Positions 29,548 to 38,604 of a stretch of DNA of 64,000 nucleotides are shown piece by piece. A model generated the notes under the pieces. That model had not been told where the DNA came from, searched no databases, and saw only the letters and a program-made list of their open reading frames with translations. Made by a program: the position numbers and the translations under genes. Source of the stretch: a virus (Duplodnaviria > Caudoviricetes); IMG/VR virus record IMGVR_UViG_3300043447_000710, positions 32,001 through 96,000 of that record. One strand, 5' to 3'. Each line of letters begins with the position of its first letter. Position 1 is the first letter of the stretch.

Positions 29548-30789
29548 TCAGACTTTCTTCTTCCTGTCTCTAAGGCTCTTAACTAGACTGTTACCAGTCC
29601 CCGTTAGACCGCCTCCACAGGCAATTTCTTTTATGTCTACCGAGCGTCCCTCGGCTGACAATCCGCGATTGCGAATAACTTGAGCCGCTGCTACATCTCT
29701 ATGAGTTGTGTACCCACAATTTGGACAGCTATGAACTCGATTATCAAGTGTTTTCTTGCCAGTATGAGTATCGCAATTAGGGCAAACTTGAGAAGTGTAA
29801 TCTTTGTTTACCTTCTCAAAATACACGTCTTGCTTCCAACACACCCATTTAAGTATTTCCACAAATTGACCAAAGCTAGCATCCAAGGTGTGCTTGCCAA
29901 GCATTCCTTTAGCCCAAGTGCGAAAGTCGATATCTTCAACAAATACCATTCCTGCATCTTTGACTATTTCATGAGCTAGTTTAAACTGCCAATCTTTTTT
30001 AGTGTCAGCTACTCGCTGGTGGACTCTGGCTATTTTTTGATTTAATTTGTGGCGGTTGTTAGATCCTTTTTTCTTGTTCTTCAGCCGACGTTGCAGCAAT
30101 TTAAGCTTGCGATGTTCTGCTTTCAGAAACTTAGGACGTTTAACTAACTTGCCTTCAGAGGTTGCTAGAAATTGGTCTAGACCTAAATCTATGCCAACTG
30201 GAAATCCATGAGGCATCGGTTCTGGAACATTCACATCACACTCTAATGAAAATATGACAAAATATCCACTAGCCTTACGCACTATTCGAGCTTGCTTAAC
30301 CACAAACCCGTCAGGAATTTCTCTAGATTTAATGAACTCAACAACACCTAACTGGGGCAGTTTGATACTATTTCCTTGGATGCAGTTTTTCAGCATTTGG
30401 GGAAATACAAACGACCGCATTCGGTATTTATTCTTAAACCTGGGGAATCCCATTCCCTTACGCTTCATGTCTAGAAATGCTGTTTCAAGCTTTCTCAACA
30501 CCTGTTGCAGCATTTGAGCGTTAACCGTTTTAAGTTCGGGATATAACTCCTTAGCTTTGGTTAATCCCGCAGCCTGAACATAATAATTCGGGTAGGGAGC
30601 ATCCGCTGGAATGATGTACTCACTTGCAATTGAGCAAGCATTAATTGGACATTTGCGCGAGTTAATCCAGTCCTTGCGTTCTCTTAGCGCGTAATTCCAA
30701 ACTTTGCGACAAATTACCAGAGTTCTTTCAATTTCTAGAATCTGATCTTCTGTTGGCTTTAGTTTGTACTCGTAACTAAGATTTAACAT
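29548..30789 (-). CDS. tnpB: RNA-guided endonuclease TnpB (intact RuvC)
   Basis: N-terminal YEYKLKPT HTH, GIDLG, VEDID, CPNC/CPNC zinc finger, HRDVAAA. Confidence 0.95.
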   Translation of the reverse strand: MLNLSYEYKLKPTEDQILEIERTLVICRKVWNYALRERKDWINSRKCPINACSIASEYIIPADAPYPNYYVQAAGLTKAKELYPELKTVNAQMLQQVLRKLETAFLDMKRKGMGFPRFKNKYRMRSFVFPQMLKNCIQGNSIKLPQLGVVEFIKSREIPDGFVVKQARIVRKASGYFVIFSLECDVNVPEPMPHGFPVGIDLGLDQFLATSEGKLVKRPKFLKAEHRKLKLLQRRLKNKKKGSNNRHKLNQKIARVHQRVADTKKDWQFKLAHEIVKDAGMVFVEDIDFRTWAKGMLGKHTLDASFGQFVEILKWVCWKQDVYFEKVNKDYTSQVCPNCDTHTGKKTLDNRVHSCPNCGYTTHRDVAAAQVIRNRGLSAEGRSVDIKEIACGGGLTGTGNSLVKSLRDRKKKV

Positions 30790-30800
30790 GGTTCTTGGAT

Positions 30801-30834
30801 GTCTCTACAAATCATTATATCATTTTGTAGAGAC
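30801..30834 (-). promoter_or_regulatory. Extended -10 promoter (TGATATAAT) inside a perfect 11-bp inverted repeat upstream of tnpB
   Basis: GTCTCTACAAA-N12-TTTGTAGAGAC with TGATATAAT on the minus strand in the spacer. Confidence 0.6.
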
Positions 30835-30948
30835 TACGGCAACGATAAGATCCCAATGGTTGACTGGCAGGCTAAAGCCTGCGGCTAGCCTTCATCCCCG
30901 CCTTGAAAGGACGGGGTTCTCGGCATGTTTCATATAGGTAGTTGATTT

Positions 30949-30973
30949 TGGTGGAGTACAGGGGAGTCGAACC
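30949..30973 (-). pseudogene. 3' remnant of a tRNA/tmRNA-like gene (T-loop, acceptor 3' strand, CCA)
   Basis: Minus strand GGTTCGACTCCCCTGTACTCCACCA; the 5' part is absent, replaced by an IS607-type end. Confidence 0.6.
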
Positions 30974-31415
30974 GCTCTGCAAAACCTATGCAAACCTAGA
31001 ATAATGACAATTGCACTATCTTAGGCTTACTGTTTACTTCCTGTTTCATCGCAGCCCTGGAATGACTTCCAAGAGGTTTGTCTGCTCCACAGGCTAACAC
31101 GGCAGAGCTTGCCGCTTCGGATCGCTCCGGTACGAAAATACTTTCAAACCAACGATCTATGTTCTTCGCCACGTTCAGATCTCTATCTTCTATATGTCCA
31201 CAATCGGGACACTCAAAGACTCGATTCTTGAGCGGCATTTTATGGCGATGACTGCCACAATTAGAGCAGATTTGGCTACTAGGGAAAAATCGATCCACCA
31301 ATATTAATTGGCTATCAAACTTCTCCACTTTGTACTCTAGCTGTCTCTTGAACTCATACATTTCGCAATCAGCAATCGCACCAGCCAGCTTATGATTCTT
31401 TAAAAATGCTTTAAC
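30972..31415 (-). pseudogene. tnpB: 3' remnant of an IS607-type tnpB with its right end
   Basis: VKAFLKNHKLAGAIADC-MYEFKRQLEYK...FPSSQICSNCG...CPDCGHIEDRDLNVAKNI. RuvC-I is missing; the end reads ...GTTTGCATAGGTTTTGCAGAGCGG. Confidence 0.75.
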
Positions 31416-31430
31416 TCGCTGTTCTTGCGT

Positions 31431-31859
31431 TTATCTAACGACCGCTGAAATAGCTTTAAAGTCTGAAACTTCTGCAACACAACCAGCTTTAATATCTTTT
31501 ACTTCAGGCTCTAAGCTACAGTACCCACTGACTTCCTTAGAAGAGTCTGGCTCTTTACCTTTTTCGTAAACAAAAGTTTTGTAAACAGGGTAGTAAGCGC
31601 GCCCTTTAAGTATCTCTGCTCGCCCTGTCGCGGCATAGACTAAAGCAAACTCTTCATTTTTGGCGTGAAAGAAAAAGAATATTTTTCCTTCTTTACGAAC
31701 TACAGCTAAATGACTGCAAGTAAAGTTAGTCTCTTGGATTTGAATGGCGCACTTACTACCATGTATAGTCTCGACGTTAACGTCTTGTAAATAAGTTGTA
31801 GGTAGCGCTTGAGGCACTATTAATGCTAAGGAAGTTAGGCCGGTTAAGACTAGGTTCAT
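31431..31859 (-). CDS. Hypothetical exported protein
   Basis: Hydrophobic N-terminal signal-like segment; four Cys. Confidence 0.65.
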   Translation of the reverse strand: MNLVLTGLTSLALIVPQALPTTYLQDVNVETIHGSKCAIQIQETNFTCSHLAVVRKEGKIFFFFHAKNEEFALVYAATGRAEILKGRAYYPVYKTFVYEKGKEPDSSKEVSGYCSLEPEVKDIKAGCVAEVSDFKAISAVVR

Positions 31860-31948
31860 AGGATACCTATTGAAGTTGTCCTAAAGCTAATCGATAAAAT
31901 TTCTATAAGACGCGCTAGTTGCAAAACTGTTCCTGCTGGCGATTAAAG

Positions 31949-32698
31949 TTAAGGGAAAAGTTCGCCCCATCTATGCTTTTGTCCGCCGTGGGCGTTTATA
32001 ACAATATTAACTCCGAGTTTATTACCACTACAAAGATGACAATTGGAACACGTAGTTACGCGCCCGGCTTCGACCGAAGCCGGGCAAGAAATTTCTTTTG
32101 TTAATAGAGGGGAGTACGCCTGCTTTACTCTGTACGTTTGCCAACCTAAAGATTGAGCTAGTGCGGCTTCGCTCTCTGTAAACACTGAAGCCATCAAATA
32201 GGATTTATAAAATTGGTTTTCGGGGAATTGCCACCTACGTGTATAACCAGTATGACTAAAACCTTTTGGAACTATCTCTAGCTGCTGCTGCCATATCGAC
32301 AAGGGGACGGCACAAGGATCTCCATAAGAACCGATTCTTAGGCCGTAAGTCTGATAACGAAAGTTTAAAAGCTTGTTAGCATCCTTACTGTATAGCTTAT
32401 ATTTTCCTTGTTTGTAGTTGCTGTAGATTTGAGATAATGGCATTTGAGTAACGTAACACAATCTTTGACCGTTAGCTTGTCTTCTTAAAGGACAAGTCCC
32501 ACAAATACTATAATCATAGCCACGATCGATAGCTTCATGAGGATGAACGTCTGCTCTTAAGATCCAAGTCTGAGCCATCGGACCCGTTTTGCTGTTAGTA
32601 GAACACTGTTTTAATCCAGTGACCGCAACAAATATAGGTTTGTTGTCGATCCTAGAACGGCCTTCATACAAAATCAAACCATTAGAATTAAACTGCAT
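31949..32698 (-). CDS. Cys-rich phage protein, probable Fe-S/radical-SAM-like
   Basis: NSKTGPM, CGTCPLR...CYV, RIGSYGDP, HTGYT and CPAS...CSNCHLC...HG motifs. Confidence 0.6.
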   Translation of the reverse strand: MQFNSNGLILYEGRSRIDNKPIFVAVTGLKQCSTNSKTGPMAQTWILRADVHPHEAIDRGYDYSICGTCPLRRQANGQRLCYVTQMPLSQIYSNYKQGKYKLYSKDANKLLNFRYQTYGLRIGSYGDPCAVPLSIWQQQLEIVPKGFSHTGYTRRWQFPENQFYKSYLMASVFTESEAALAQSLGWQTYRVKQAYSPLLTKEISCPASVEAGRVTTCSNCHLCSGNKLGVNIVINAHGGQKHRWGELFP

Positions 32699-32707
32699 AA
32701 ATAAAAT

Positions 32708-32727
32708 AGGCGGTCCTTCGACCGCCT
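32708..32727 (-). terminator. GC-rich hairpin (terminator or processing site)
   Basis: AGGCGGTC-cttc-GACCGCCT, a perfect 8-bp stem followed on the minus strand by ATTTTATTT. Confidence 0.5.
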
Positions 32728-32748
32728 TGTAAGGATTAATTAATTGTT

Positions 32749-33129
32749 TTAAAGGTCTACCCGCCTAAAGTTAGTGGCTCTTTGTAAACCGTACTCCGTA
32801 CGCTGTTTATTTATTCCATATTTATTACTTTTGTACCCTTTAGTGTACTGTTTTACCAACGCCTCAAATTCAATTTCGTCGCCAGGTTTAAGCCCTAGCT
32901 TTGTAATGCTGCCCTTAATCGAGATCCAACAATGGTCGGCAACTTCAACCTGCAAGTCAGTAAGCGTTACAAACGTAACTAAGATAGTATTATAGCTTTT
33001 ACTTTTATAGACTTGCTTGCCAAAACGTTCTACTACAGCGCGAAATTTACAGCGGCGGTTTTTAAGTTCCGCTAATCTCTTTCTCATGAGAAATTGACAA
33101 ATGTATCTTCTAACCAGCGAGCGTTCCAA
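32749..33129 (-). CDS. Hypothetical basic protein (OB-fold-like)
   Basis: VADHCW...LKPGDEIEFEALVKQYTKGY; the start may be the downstream Met (MRKRLAEL). Confidence 0.6.
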   Translation of the reverse strand: MERSLVRRYICQFLMRKRLAELKNRRCKFRAVVERFGKQVYKSKSYNTILVTFVTLTDLQVEVADHCWISIKGSITKLGLKPGDEIEFEALVKQYTKGYKSNKYGINKQRTEYGLQRATNFRRVDL

Positions 33130-34532
33130 ACTTCAAATCCGCATTCTGTTAGAGAAACTCCAGCTAACATATCGCAGTAACTAGAGGGTGCAACGGTTAA
33201 GTTGACAGCATCTATGTAGCAGCTAAAGGTTCCCTCGGAAGTATAGTAAAAAGCGCGCGGAATTCCTAAGCTTTCAAATTCGTTCTCGAACTCAGCGGCG
33301 ATAGCACTATCGATGCCAAGCTTTTGCCAAGAGTTAAAAGAATATTTAGCCACGCAGTCTGTAATAGAAGTAGGCAGCCAAGAATAATCTACAGTTTTAA
33401 AGTTACTGCCAAAGCCAACGCTTTTAAAACCTAATACTGTTACATTAAGAGAAGCTTCAAATGCTACCTCAAGAATGGCTTCAAACTCTTTTTTTGAAAG
33501 AGTTCCCATTGGAATTTGAATGCTAACTTTGTTAAGAGAAACTTTATAAAGTTGGCACTCTCGAATCAAGTTTTCTACTGCGGCACTTGTAGTTACGCTG
33601 TACGCAAAGGCTCCGCAAAGTTCTAGCGCTTTAGGCGCCCATCTTTCTTTGAGCCAGCTTAGCTTTCTAGTTGTAAAATTCGGTACGATTCCTAGCTTTC
33701 GCGCCTCCGAGAGGATTTCTACAAAGTCTGGGTGAGATGTAGTTTCTCCTCCGCCTAAAGCTACTTCAAAGACTTTAGCGGTAGATAAGGACATCAAAAT
33801 ACGTTTAATCCAGGTAAGGTCCCCATACTTGCCCTGGGTAGTACTAGACTGATAACAAAACTGGCAGCCGACGTCGCACCAGTCAGTAATCTTAATGTCT
33901 ACAAGTTCTGGTAAAGCGGCTTTAACAATGGGCTTATCGTGAAAAGAAATGCGAGTCTTAGTGCCATTAGCTCTACAGAACAAAGTCCAAAAGTCGTAAG
34001 TTTTATCGTGCCTGACTACCCAATCTTTAGAAACGCCTTCTATAGGTAGTAGATTAGGGTAGCTGGGGTAGCTTGAAAGTTCGTGTTCTTCCTCATCATT
34101 GTCGTTACCTCCTAAAATAGCTAGGTTAGGATTGCTGAGAATAAAAGTTTCGAAAGCTCTGTAGAAGTTCATATCGATTTCTGGACTGCGATCTCGACGC
34201 CCAAAACTAACTGGAAACGTAAGCAAGCTTTGATGGTCTACATACGCGCCAAGATCGTGTTCTACTCCTTGAATATTACGACTTACAGTAGGACAAAACT
34301 CTTTGGCTAAAACTTTAGCTATGTTGACACCAAAGACTTGCTTAAAATTGTTATAAAGACTGGCTTGTAGATACATCTTTTTCGACTGTGCTTTAGTCGC
34401 AGTAAAGAATCCCCAGCCGAAACTAGGCTTATCTACGTTGTCTAATTCAGGAGCTGGGTTGGGCAGTAGCACCATTGAATGCGTGCTGCTGCTATTTGTA
34501 GCAAAGCCTAAACGAACGTTAGAAATATGCAT
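33084..34532 (-). CDS. Radical SAM protein with N-terminal TNSSSTHS domain
   Basis: CDVGCQFC (CxxxCxxC), GGGETTSHP and NFTT; N-terminus RLGFATNSSSTHS. Confidence 0.88.
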   Translation of the reverse strand: MHISNVRLGFATNSSSTHSMVLLPNPAPELDNVDKPSFGWGFFTATKAQSKKMYLQASLYNNFKQVFGVNIAKVLAKEFCPTVSRNIQGVEHDLGAYVDHQSLLTFPVSFGRRDRSPEIDMNFYRAFETFILSNPNLAILGGNDNDEEEHELSSYPSYPNLLPIEGVSKDWVVRHDKTYDFWTLFCRANGTKTRISFHDKPIVKAALPELVDIKITDWCDVGCQFCYQSSTTQGKYGDLTWIKRILMSLSTAKVFEVALGGGETTSHPDFVEILSEARKLGIVPNFTTRKLSWLKERWAPKALELCGAFAYSVTTSAAVENLIRECQLYKVSLNKVSIQIPMGTLSKKEFEAILEVAFEASLNVTVLGFKSVGFGSNFKTVDYSWLPTSITDCVAKYSFNSWQKLGIDSAIAAEFENEFESLGIPRAFYYTSEGTFSCYIDAVNLTVAPSSYCDMLAGVSLTECGFEVWNARWLEDTFVNFS

Positions 34533-34568
34533 AGGAAATAAATGTAAAGTTTTTGCAGAAGCTTTTCT

Positions 34569-35375
34569 TTAAGGATCTGTAACCTCAAAAATATCCATAT
34601 AGCTAACCTCTTCCCAAGCATCTTGACACTTAAGGCGAACTCTCAAAATGTCTCGTGAAATGTAATTTTCTATATCGATAATTGTACCGACGCAAGTGAT
34701 ACGAGGATTTTTGGGGTCTTGCCAACCGATACGGTCTCCTACCCTAAACTCAAACCTCCAGCTATCAGAGCGGCGATCGCAATAAGAAGGCAAGATATCT
34801 TCGGCGTTAACAAAAAGCGTCACTTGTGGATGGGTATAATCAGAGCTTTCAAATAGATCGATTTGGAATCGCATCCCTGAAGTTTGCGGGACTTGGTTTA
34901 CCCAGCCTTGTACGAGCATTTCATCTTGACTGCTCCAAACTATTATCTTATCGCCTTTGACTAAATTATGGCGCCAACTGTCTAAGGCTGAAAGCGATTG
35001 GCTTTGTGATGGCATGTCTATAAAACGCGGATCGATTTCAAGTACCTCGTCTTGCGGCAGCTTGCTATCTTGGTTCGTAACATAGACAGTATGAATAAGA
35101 GATTTTATTCCGTTTACCTCGCTATTGACTTCTGCAATTAATTTTTGAAGTGATTCGTTAGAGAGCGATAGGTAGTTCGATCGATACTCAAAGGAGTGTT
35201 GTCTTCCCCACTTAGGCGTAAGAGGACAGCCAAACAGCTTCTCTGTGGAAACATATTCTTCACAGATCGCCGGAGGGTTTTCAGTAGATATAGGCAGAAA
35301 AACGTGAATTTCGGCGACGTAGTTTTGATATGAATATCTATGCCACTCAATGCGGATTTGATAGGTTTTTGTCAT
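34569..35375 (-). CDS. Hypothetical protein with two KOW/SH3-like segments
   Basis: LVKGDKIIV and FRVGDRIGW repeats. Confidence 0.65.
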   Translation of the reverse strand: MTKTYQIRIEWHRYSYQNYVAEIHVFLPISTENPPAICEEYVSTEKLFGCPLTPKWGRQHSFEYRSNYLSLSNESLQKLIAEVNSEVNGIKSLIHTVYVTNQDSKLPQDEVLEIDPRFIDMPSQSQSLSALDSWRHNLVKGDKIIVWSSQDEMLVQGWVNQVPQTSGMRFQIDLFESSDYTHPQVTLFVNAEDILPSYCDRRSDSWRFEFRVGDRIGWQDPKNPRITCVGTIIDIENYISRDILRVRLKCQDAWEEVSYMDIFEVTDP

Positions 35376-35392
35376 TTTAAGTTTCTAAAGTC

Positions 35393-35500
35393 TTGATACT
35401 CTCAGCTCTAAAGAGACTAAGATTCTTGAAGAGTCCAGAGCCTGAACTTCAAAGGCGCGCACAATGTGCCTCTACTGATTCCGCTTAGATCTAATCCAAG
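35393..35500 (-). repeat. Orphan copy of the tnpB 3' end/right end (reRNA scaffold) of the 37232-39105 element
   Basis: Near-identical to 37232-37335 (TTGATACTCTCAGCTCTAAAGAGACT...CTACTGATTCC). Confidence 0.9.
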
Positions 35501-35541
35501 CATCATAAGAAATAAGTGGGAAGTTGGGAAACCCAGTCTCT

Positions 35542-36873
35542 TCAGAGCTGGGAGGAACAACGACTCAAGCGGCTTTCGCCGCCTGAATGCGCTGAAGATA
35601 AAAACTGATAACTGTAGCCATCCTTGCAATGAATCGTCGTACAGTACTTATGGTTAATTCCTTGAATTAAGCCAATGTCGGACGAGATATTGAAAGACCC
35701 AGAAGATCTAACAGCTATCCGACCGACATACTCGCCAACCTTTTTGCCACTAGTGACAACAGCTCGCACGATATCCCCAGTCTGAAAGCCTTTAACAAAC
35801 TTGTTACGAGGCACATGCCTGCTGGGAAAGCCAAACTTGTCAGTACGACACATTTGACGAGTACCGTGACCTTGGCACTTAATTAGTAGGGGCTTGTTAA
35901 CCAGTACCTCTAGCTTTTCAACCGCACCAACACAAGCAGCATCCAACCAATGAGTCTTAGGCAGTTCTAATCGAGTTCGATTGAATTTAGTCAGCCCGCC
36001 CGAACCAGTAGTAACAAGCAAACCTGTTAACTTCAGGCGATCGAACAATGCCCAGCGGGTTGAATTTACCGCAGCAGCATCCCGAAGCGGACACTTAGCC
36101 TGGGACTGAATCTGCTTGAGTAACTCAGGTTTCTTAGCTAAAAACACCTCGATCGCTTGAGTCCCCTTCTTCTGATTGCATTTCTCGCAAGCCAAGCATA
36201 GATTTGAGATCCGATCGGAGCCACCTTTAGCCTTGGGTTGGACATGCTCGATTTGAAGTGGAACATTCTCGGCCTTGCAATAAGTACACTTTCGATCCCA
36301 CTTGTTGAGTAGATATTCGCGTACTTCGTACCCAGCAAGAGTGCCCTGCTGATATTCCACACCAGAGATCTCGGGATTCTCTAGTTGTTGTAAGTCAAAT
36401 CGAACCAGCTCAGTCACGATCGATCCAACCGGAGCGAATCGAATCAATTTGTTAACCCAAGTGAGAACAGTTTCAACCCGATGTTGGAGGCTAGGAGCCA
36501 GCCAACCTTTGGGACGAGTGCGATTGAGGAAACGAGCTTGACGATAGCGAGTATGTCTGGCACGACGGTTGCGACGGATCGATCGTCTAGCATCGAGACT
36601 GGCTTTAATTGCCAAACCGCGATGGGTGAGTTCTGCCGCCCAGATAACCCGATCTTTTTGAACTAGAGCGATACCAGTAGTTCTAGAGCCAGGGTCTAGC
36701 TTAAGGGTTGCAGGTGTTGGTGTTTGAGAAACCTCAGACTTGAGGATGATGGTAAAGGGATACATGCGGTAGACAGCAGCCTTGCCAGCATTTAATAGTC
36801 TTCTAGCTGCGCCAGGGTGGATGGGATCTAGAGGCTGTTTGTTGGAATCGATAACCAGAGAATAGTTGGACAT
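35542..36873 (-). CDS. iscB: RNA-guided endonuclease IscB (RRXRR + HNH)
   Basis: PLMP-type N-terminus (QPLDP), LDPGS, RRSIRRNRR bridge helix, ELVRFD, CTYC, IEHVQPK, HWLDA. Confidence 0.95.
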   Translation of the reverse strand: MSNYSLVIDSNKQPLDPIHPGAARRLLNAGKAAVYRMYPFTIILKSEVSQTPTPATLKLDPGSRTTGIALVQKDRVIWAAELTHRGLAIKASLDARRSIRRNRRARHTRYRQARFLNRTRPKGWLAPSLQHRVETVLTWVNKLIRFAPVGSIVTELVRFDLQQLENPEISGVEYQQGTLAGYEVREYLLNKWDRKCTYCKAENVPLQIEHVQPKAKGGSDRISNLCLACEKCNQKKGTQAIEVFLAKKPELLKQIQSQAKCPLRDAAAVNSTRWALFDRLKLTGLLVTTGSGGLTKFNRTRLELPKTHWLDAACVGAVEKLEVLVNKPLLIKCQGHGTRQMCRTDKFGFPSRHVPRNKFVKGFQTGDIVRAVVTSGKKVGEYVGRIAVRSSGSFNISSDIGLIQGINHKYCTTIHCKDGYSYQFLSSAHSGGESRLSRCSSQL

Positions 36874-36879
36874 AAATGT

Positions 36880-37111
36880 CCCTCCTTACGGGTAATGTTT
36901 GCTTCGACCGAGATATTTAGGCTTGTTAGACCAAAAGCACTACTCCAGTGACCTTAGAGTTGTTTAACTAGTGGTGACAGAGCGGGGGGCTAGCATACGC
37001 ATCCCAGGGTGTCGTGACCTAAATATCGGCTCCTAGTAAACCAGGGGTCTGGTCAGCATGGCTTCGGGTGATTAGCCTGAAGCCCCGTCTCTTTAGAGCG
37101 GGGTTGCTGAC
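36880..37111 (-). ncRNA. IscB omegaRNA (HEARO-like) scaffold
   Basis: ~230-nt non-coding leader beginning GTCAGCAACCCC, with GTCAGCA/TGCTGAC and GATATTTAGG/CCTAAATATC pairings. Confidence 0.85.
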
Positions 37112-37246
37112 TAGCTTCGAGAAATCCTGTAATGTCTGGATTGAGAACATAGTAGCCGTCGATTTCTTTGTAGATACGCCCAGACTCCACAAGGTTTTCT
37201 AGCCAGGTCTTATCCAGCTCTTGCCATTGACTTGATACTCTCAGCT

Positions 37247-38530
37247 CTAAAGAGACTGAGATTCTTGAAGAGTCCAGAGCCTGAACTTCAAAGGCGCGCA
37301 CAATTCGCCTCTACTGATTCCACTCAAATCCAACTTGAGTTTCACCGCTACTTTCTTGAGAATATTAGCCGCACCGTTGGCATCTGAATTAACTTCAGTA
37401 CCATTAGAAGTACGGTACAAACCTCTTTTTATCCGACTACCAGACGCTTTCCACTCAATGGGTTTTTCACCATAAACGGGGATAGTATCTGCATCTAAAA
37501 AACTAGATTTTGAAGTGTAGGATTCCTCCGTTTCTTCAAACTTAATTCCATAGATATCGCACAACTGCTTGATGCGCTCTTTCAATCTACCAGTGGGAAT
37601 CTGGACAAATTTTTGATTTGTCTTCCTTCCCATATTTACATCTTGCTTTTGACCTTTATTCCAGCCAAACACTAGGGTGCCAATCCGATTGGCTAGGCAA
37701 TGCTTGATTACTAGTCGAGCAGACTTATTTACCGCATCACGCATGACGCGATTGCGCTTTTCAGTTATTCTTGCCAATCGTTTCGACCAGAAGCCATTTG
37801 GCTTATTATCCATCAACCGAGCAACGGATTTGTTGTACCACTGATTGATGGATTTTAAGTGCCTACCATCGACGATAAAACTAGTCCCAACATTAGATAC
37901 ACCCGTCAACCAGTTATCAACACCGTGGTCTAATCCTAAGCATCTTGAAAATTCTAAATCTGCTTCTACCTTTGAATCTAAATAAACAAATTCTGCATAA
38001 AAGCAACTATTTCTGGGTAGAATCCTCACCTCTCGGATGGCTTCAAACTCTAGATTCGATGGCATGGGAATCGTAAAGCTTTTAATCCCAAACCAAGCTT
38101 TAACCTGCAAGCCTAAAGGAACTCGAATTTTCCCCTCTATTAACTTTAGGCATCGCTTGGGAAATGTAACTATTTGATAACCACCAGGTTTTCGATAGTT
38201 AGGGAATTTAGGCTTGGCATCTAATTCTCCGATATGAAATTTCTTGAGCAGCGCAAAGAAGGAGGTGATTGACTCGCCGACCGCTATACATGTTTGTACC
38301 GCAGCGTCTGATGGCAGGGCTGAAAAATGCCTACTTTTTCCTGCTTCGTTAACTAGATCGAATCCACTCACACCACGATTGGTTTTAAAGTAGATTTGTC
38401 TAGCATAATACACAGCGCAGTTATGGAGTGAGTTTGATTCGGTGCAAGCATACTCTAGTATGGCTCGTAGCTCCGGATCTGGGGAGAGCAAGCATTGCTG
38501 CACTCCCATTAGTTTCTTGGATTTAGACAT
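37247..38530 (-). CDS. tnpB: TnpB, variant with GWNKG and relocated RuvC-II Glu (EESYTSK), no Cys zinc finger
   Basis: GLDHGVDN, FGWNKGQKQ, EESYTSKSS, DANGAANI. Confidence 0.93.
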   Translation of the reverse strand: MSKSKKLMGVQQCLLSPDPELRAILEYACTESNSLHNCAVYYARQIYFKTNRGVSGFDLVNEAGKSRHFSALPSDAAVQTCIAVGESITSFFALLKKFHIGELDAKPKFPNYRKPGGYQIVTFPKRCLKLIEGKIRVPLGLQVKAWFGIKSFTIPMPSNLEFEAIREVRILPRNSCFYAEFVYLDSKVEADLEFSRCLGLDHGVDNWLTGVSNVGTSFIVDGRHLKSINQWYNKSVARLMDNKPNGFWSKRLARITEKRNRVMRDAVNKSARLVIKHCLANRIGTLVFGWNKGQKQDVNMGRKTNQKFVQIPTGRLKERIKQLCDIYGIKFEETEESYTSKSSFLDADTIPVYGEKPIEWKASGSRIKRGLYRTSNGTEVNSDANGAANILKKVAVKLKLDLSGISRGELCAPLKFRLWTLQESQSL

Positions 38531-38604
38531 TTGGTAAATTTAGTTGATTGTTTGGCTATAAACGACTATGCTAAGTGGGTCGAGCTGTTGTTGAGATTAA
38601 GAAT

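Larger units (their letters stand above)
29477..30933 (-). mobile_element. IS200/IS605-family element, tnpB only (IS1341-like); predicted TAM CTAT
   Basis: Right end AGAATCCCCGCGCATTCATGCCGGGGAGTACGTCAA (hairpin + TCAA); left-end hairpins at 30860-30925; no tnpA. Confidence 0.88.
35507..37111 (-). mobile_element. IS200/IS605-family IscB element (non-autonomous); predicted TAM ATGA
   Basis: 5' end GTCAGCAACCCCGCTCTAAAGAGACGGGGCTT; 3' end hairpins ending ...TTATTTCTT|ATGA, similar to the left end of the neighbouring IS605. Confidence 0.88.

Noticed and set aside
35417-35629. Track ORF ending LDLSGISRG...LWTLQES
   Set aside because: A chimera of the IscB left end and the duplicated tnpB tail, not a gene.
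37053-37301. Track ORF spanning two IS ends, and an in-frame 'restored gene' after removing the IS605
   Set aside because: The upstream part of the restored frame is the antisense of a tnpB remnant, so the continuity is probably chance. Only the 120-nt spacer (37112-37231) may be a real gene fragment.
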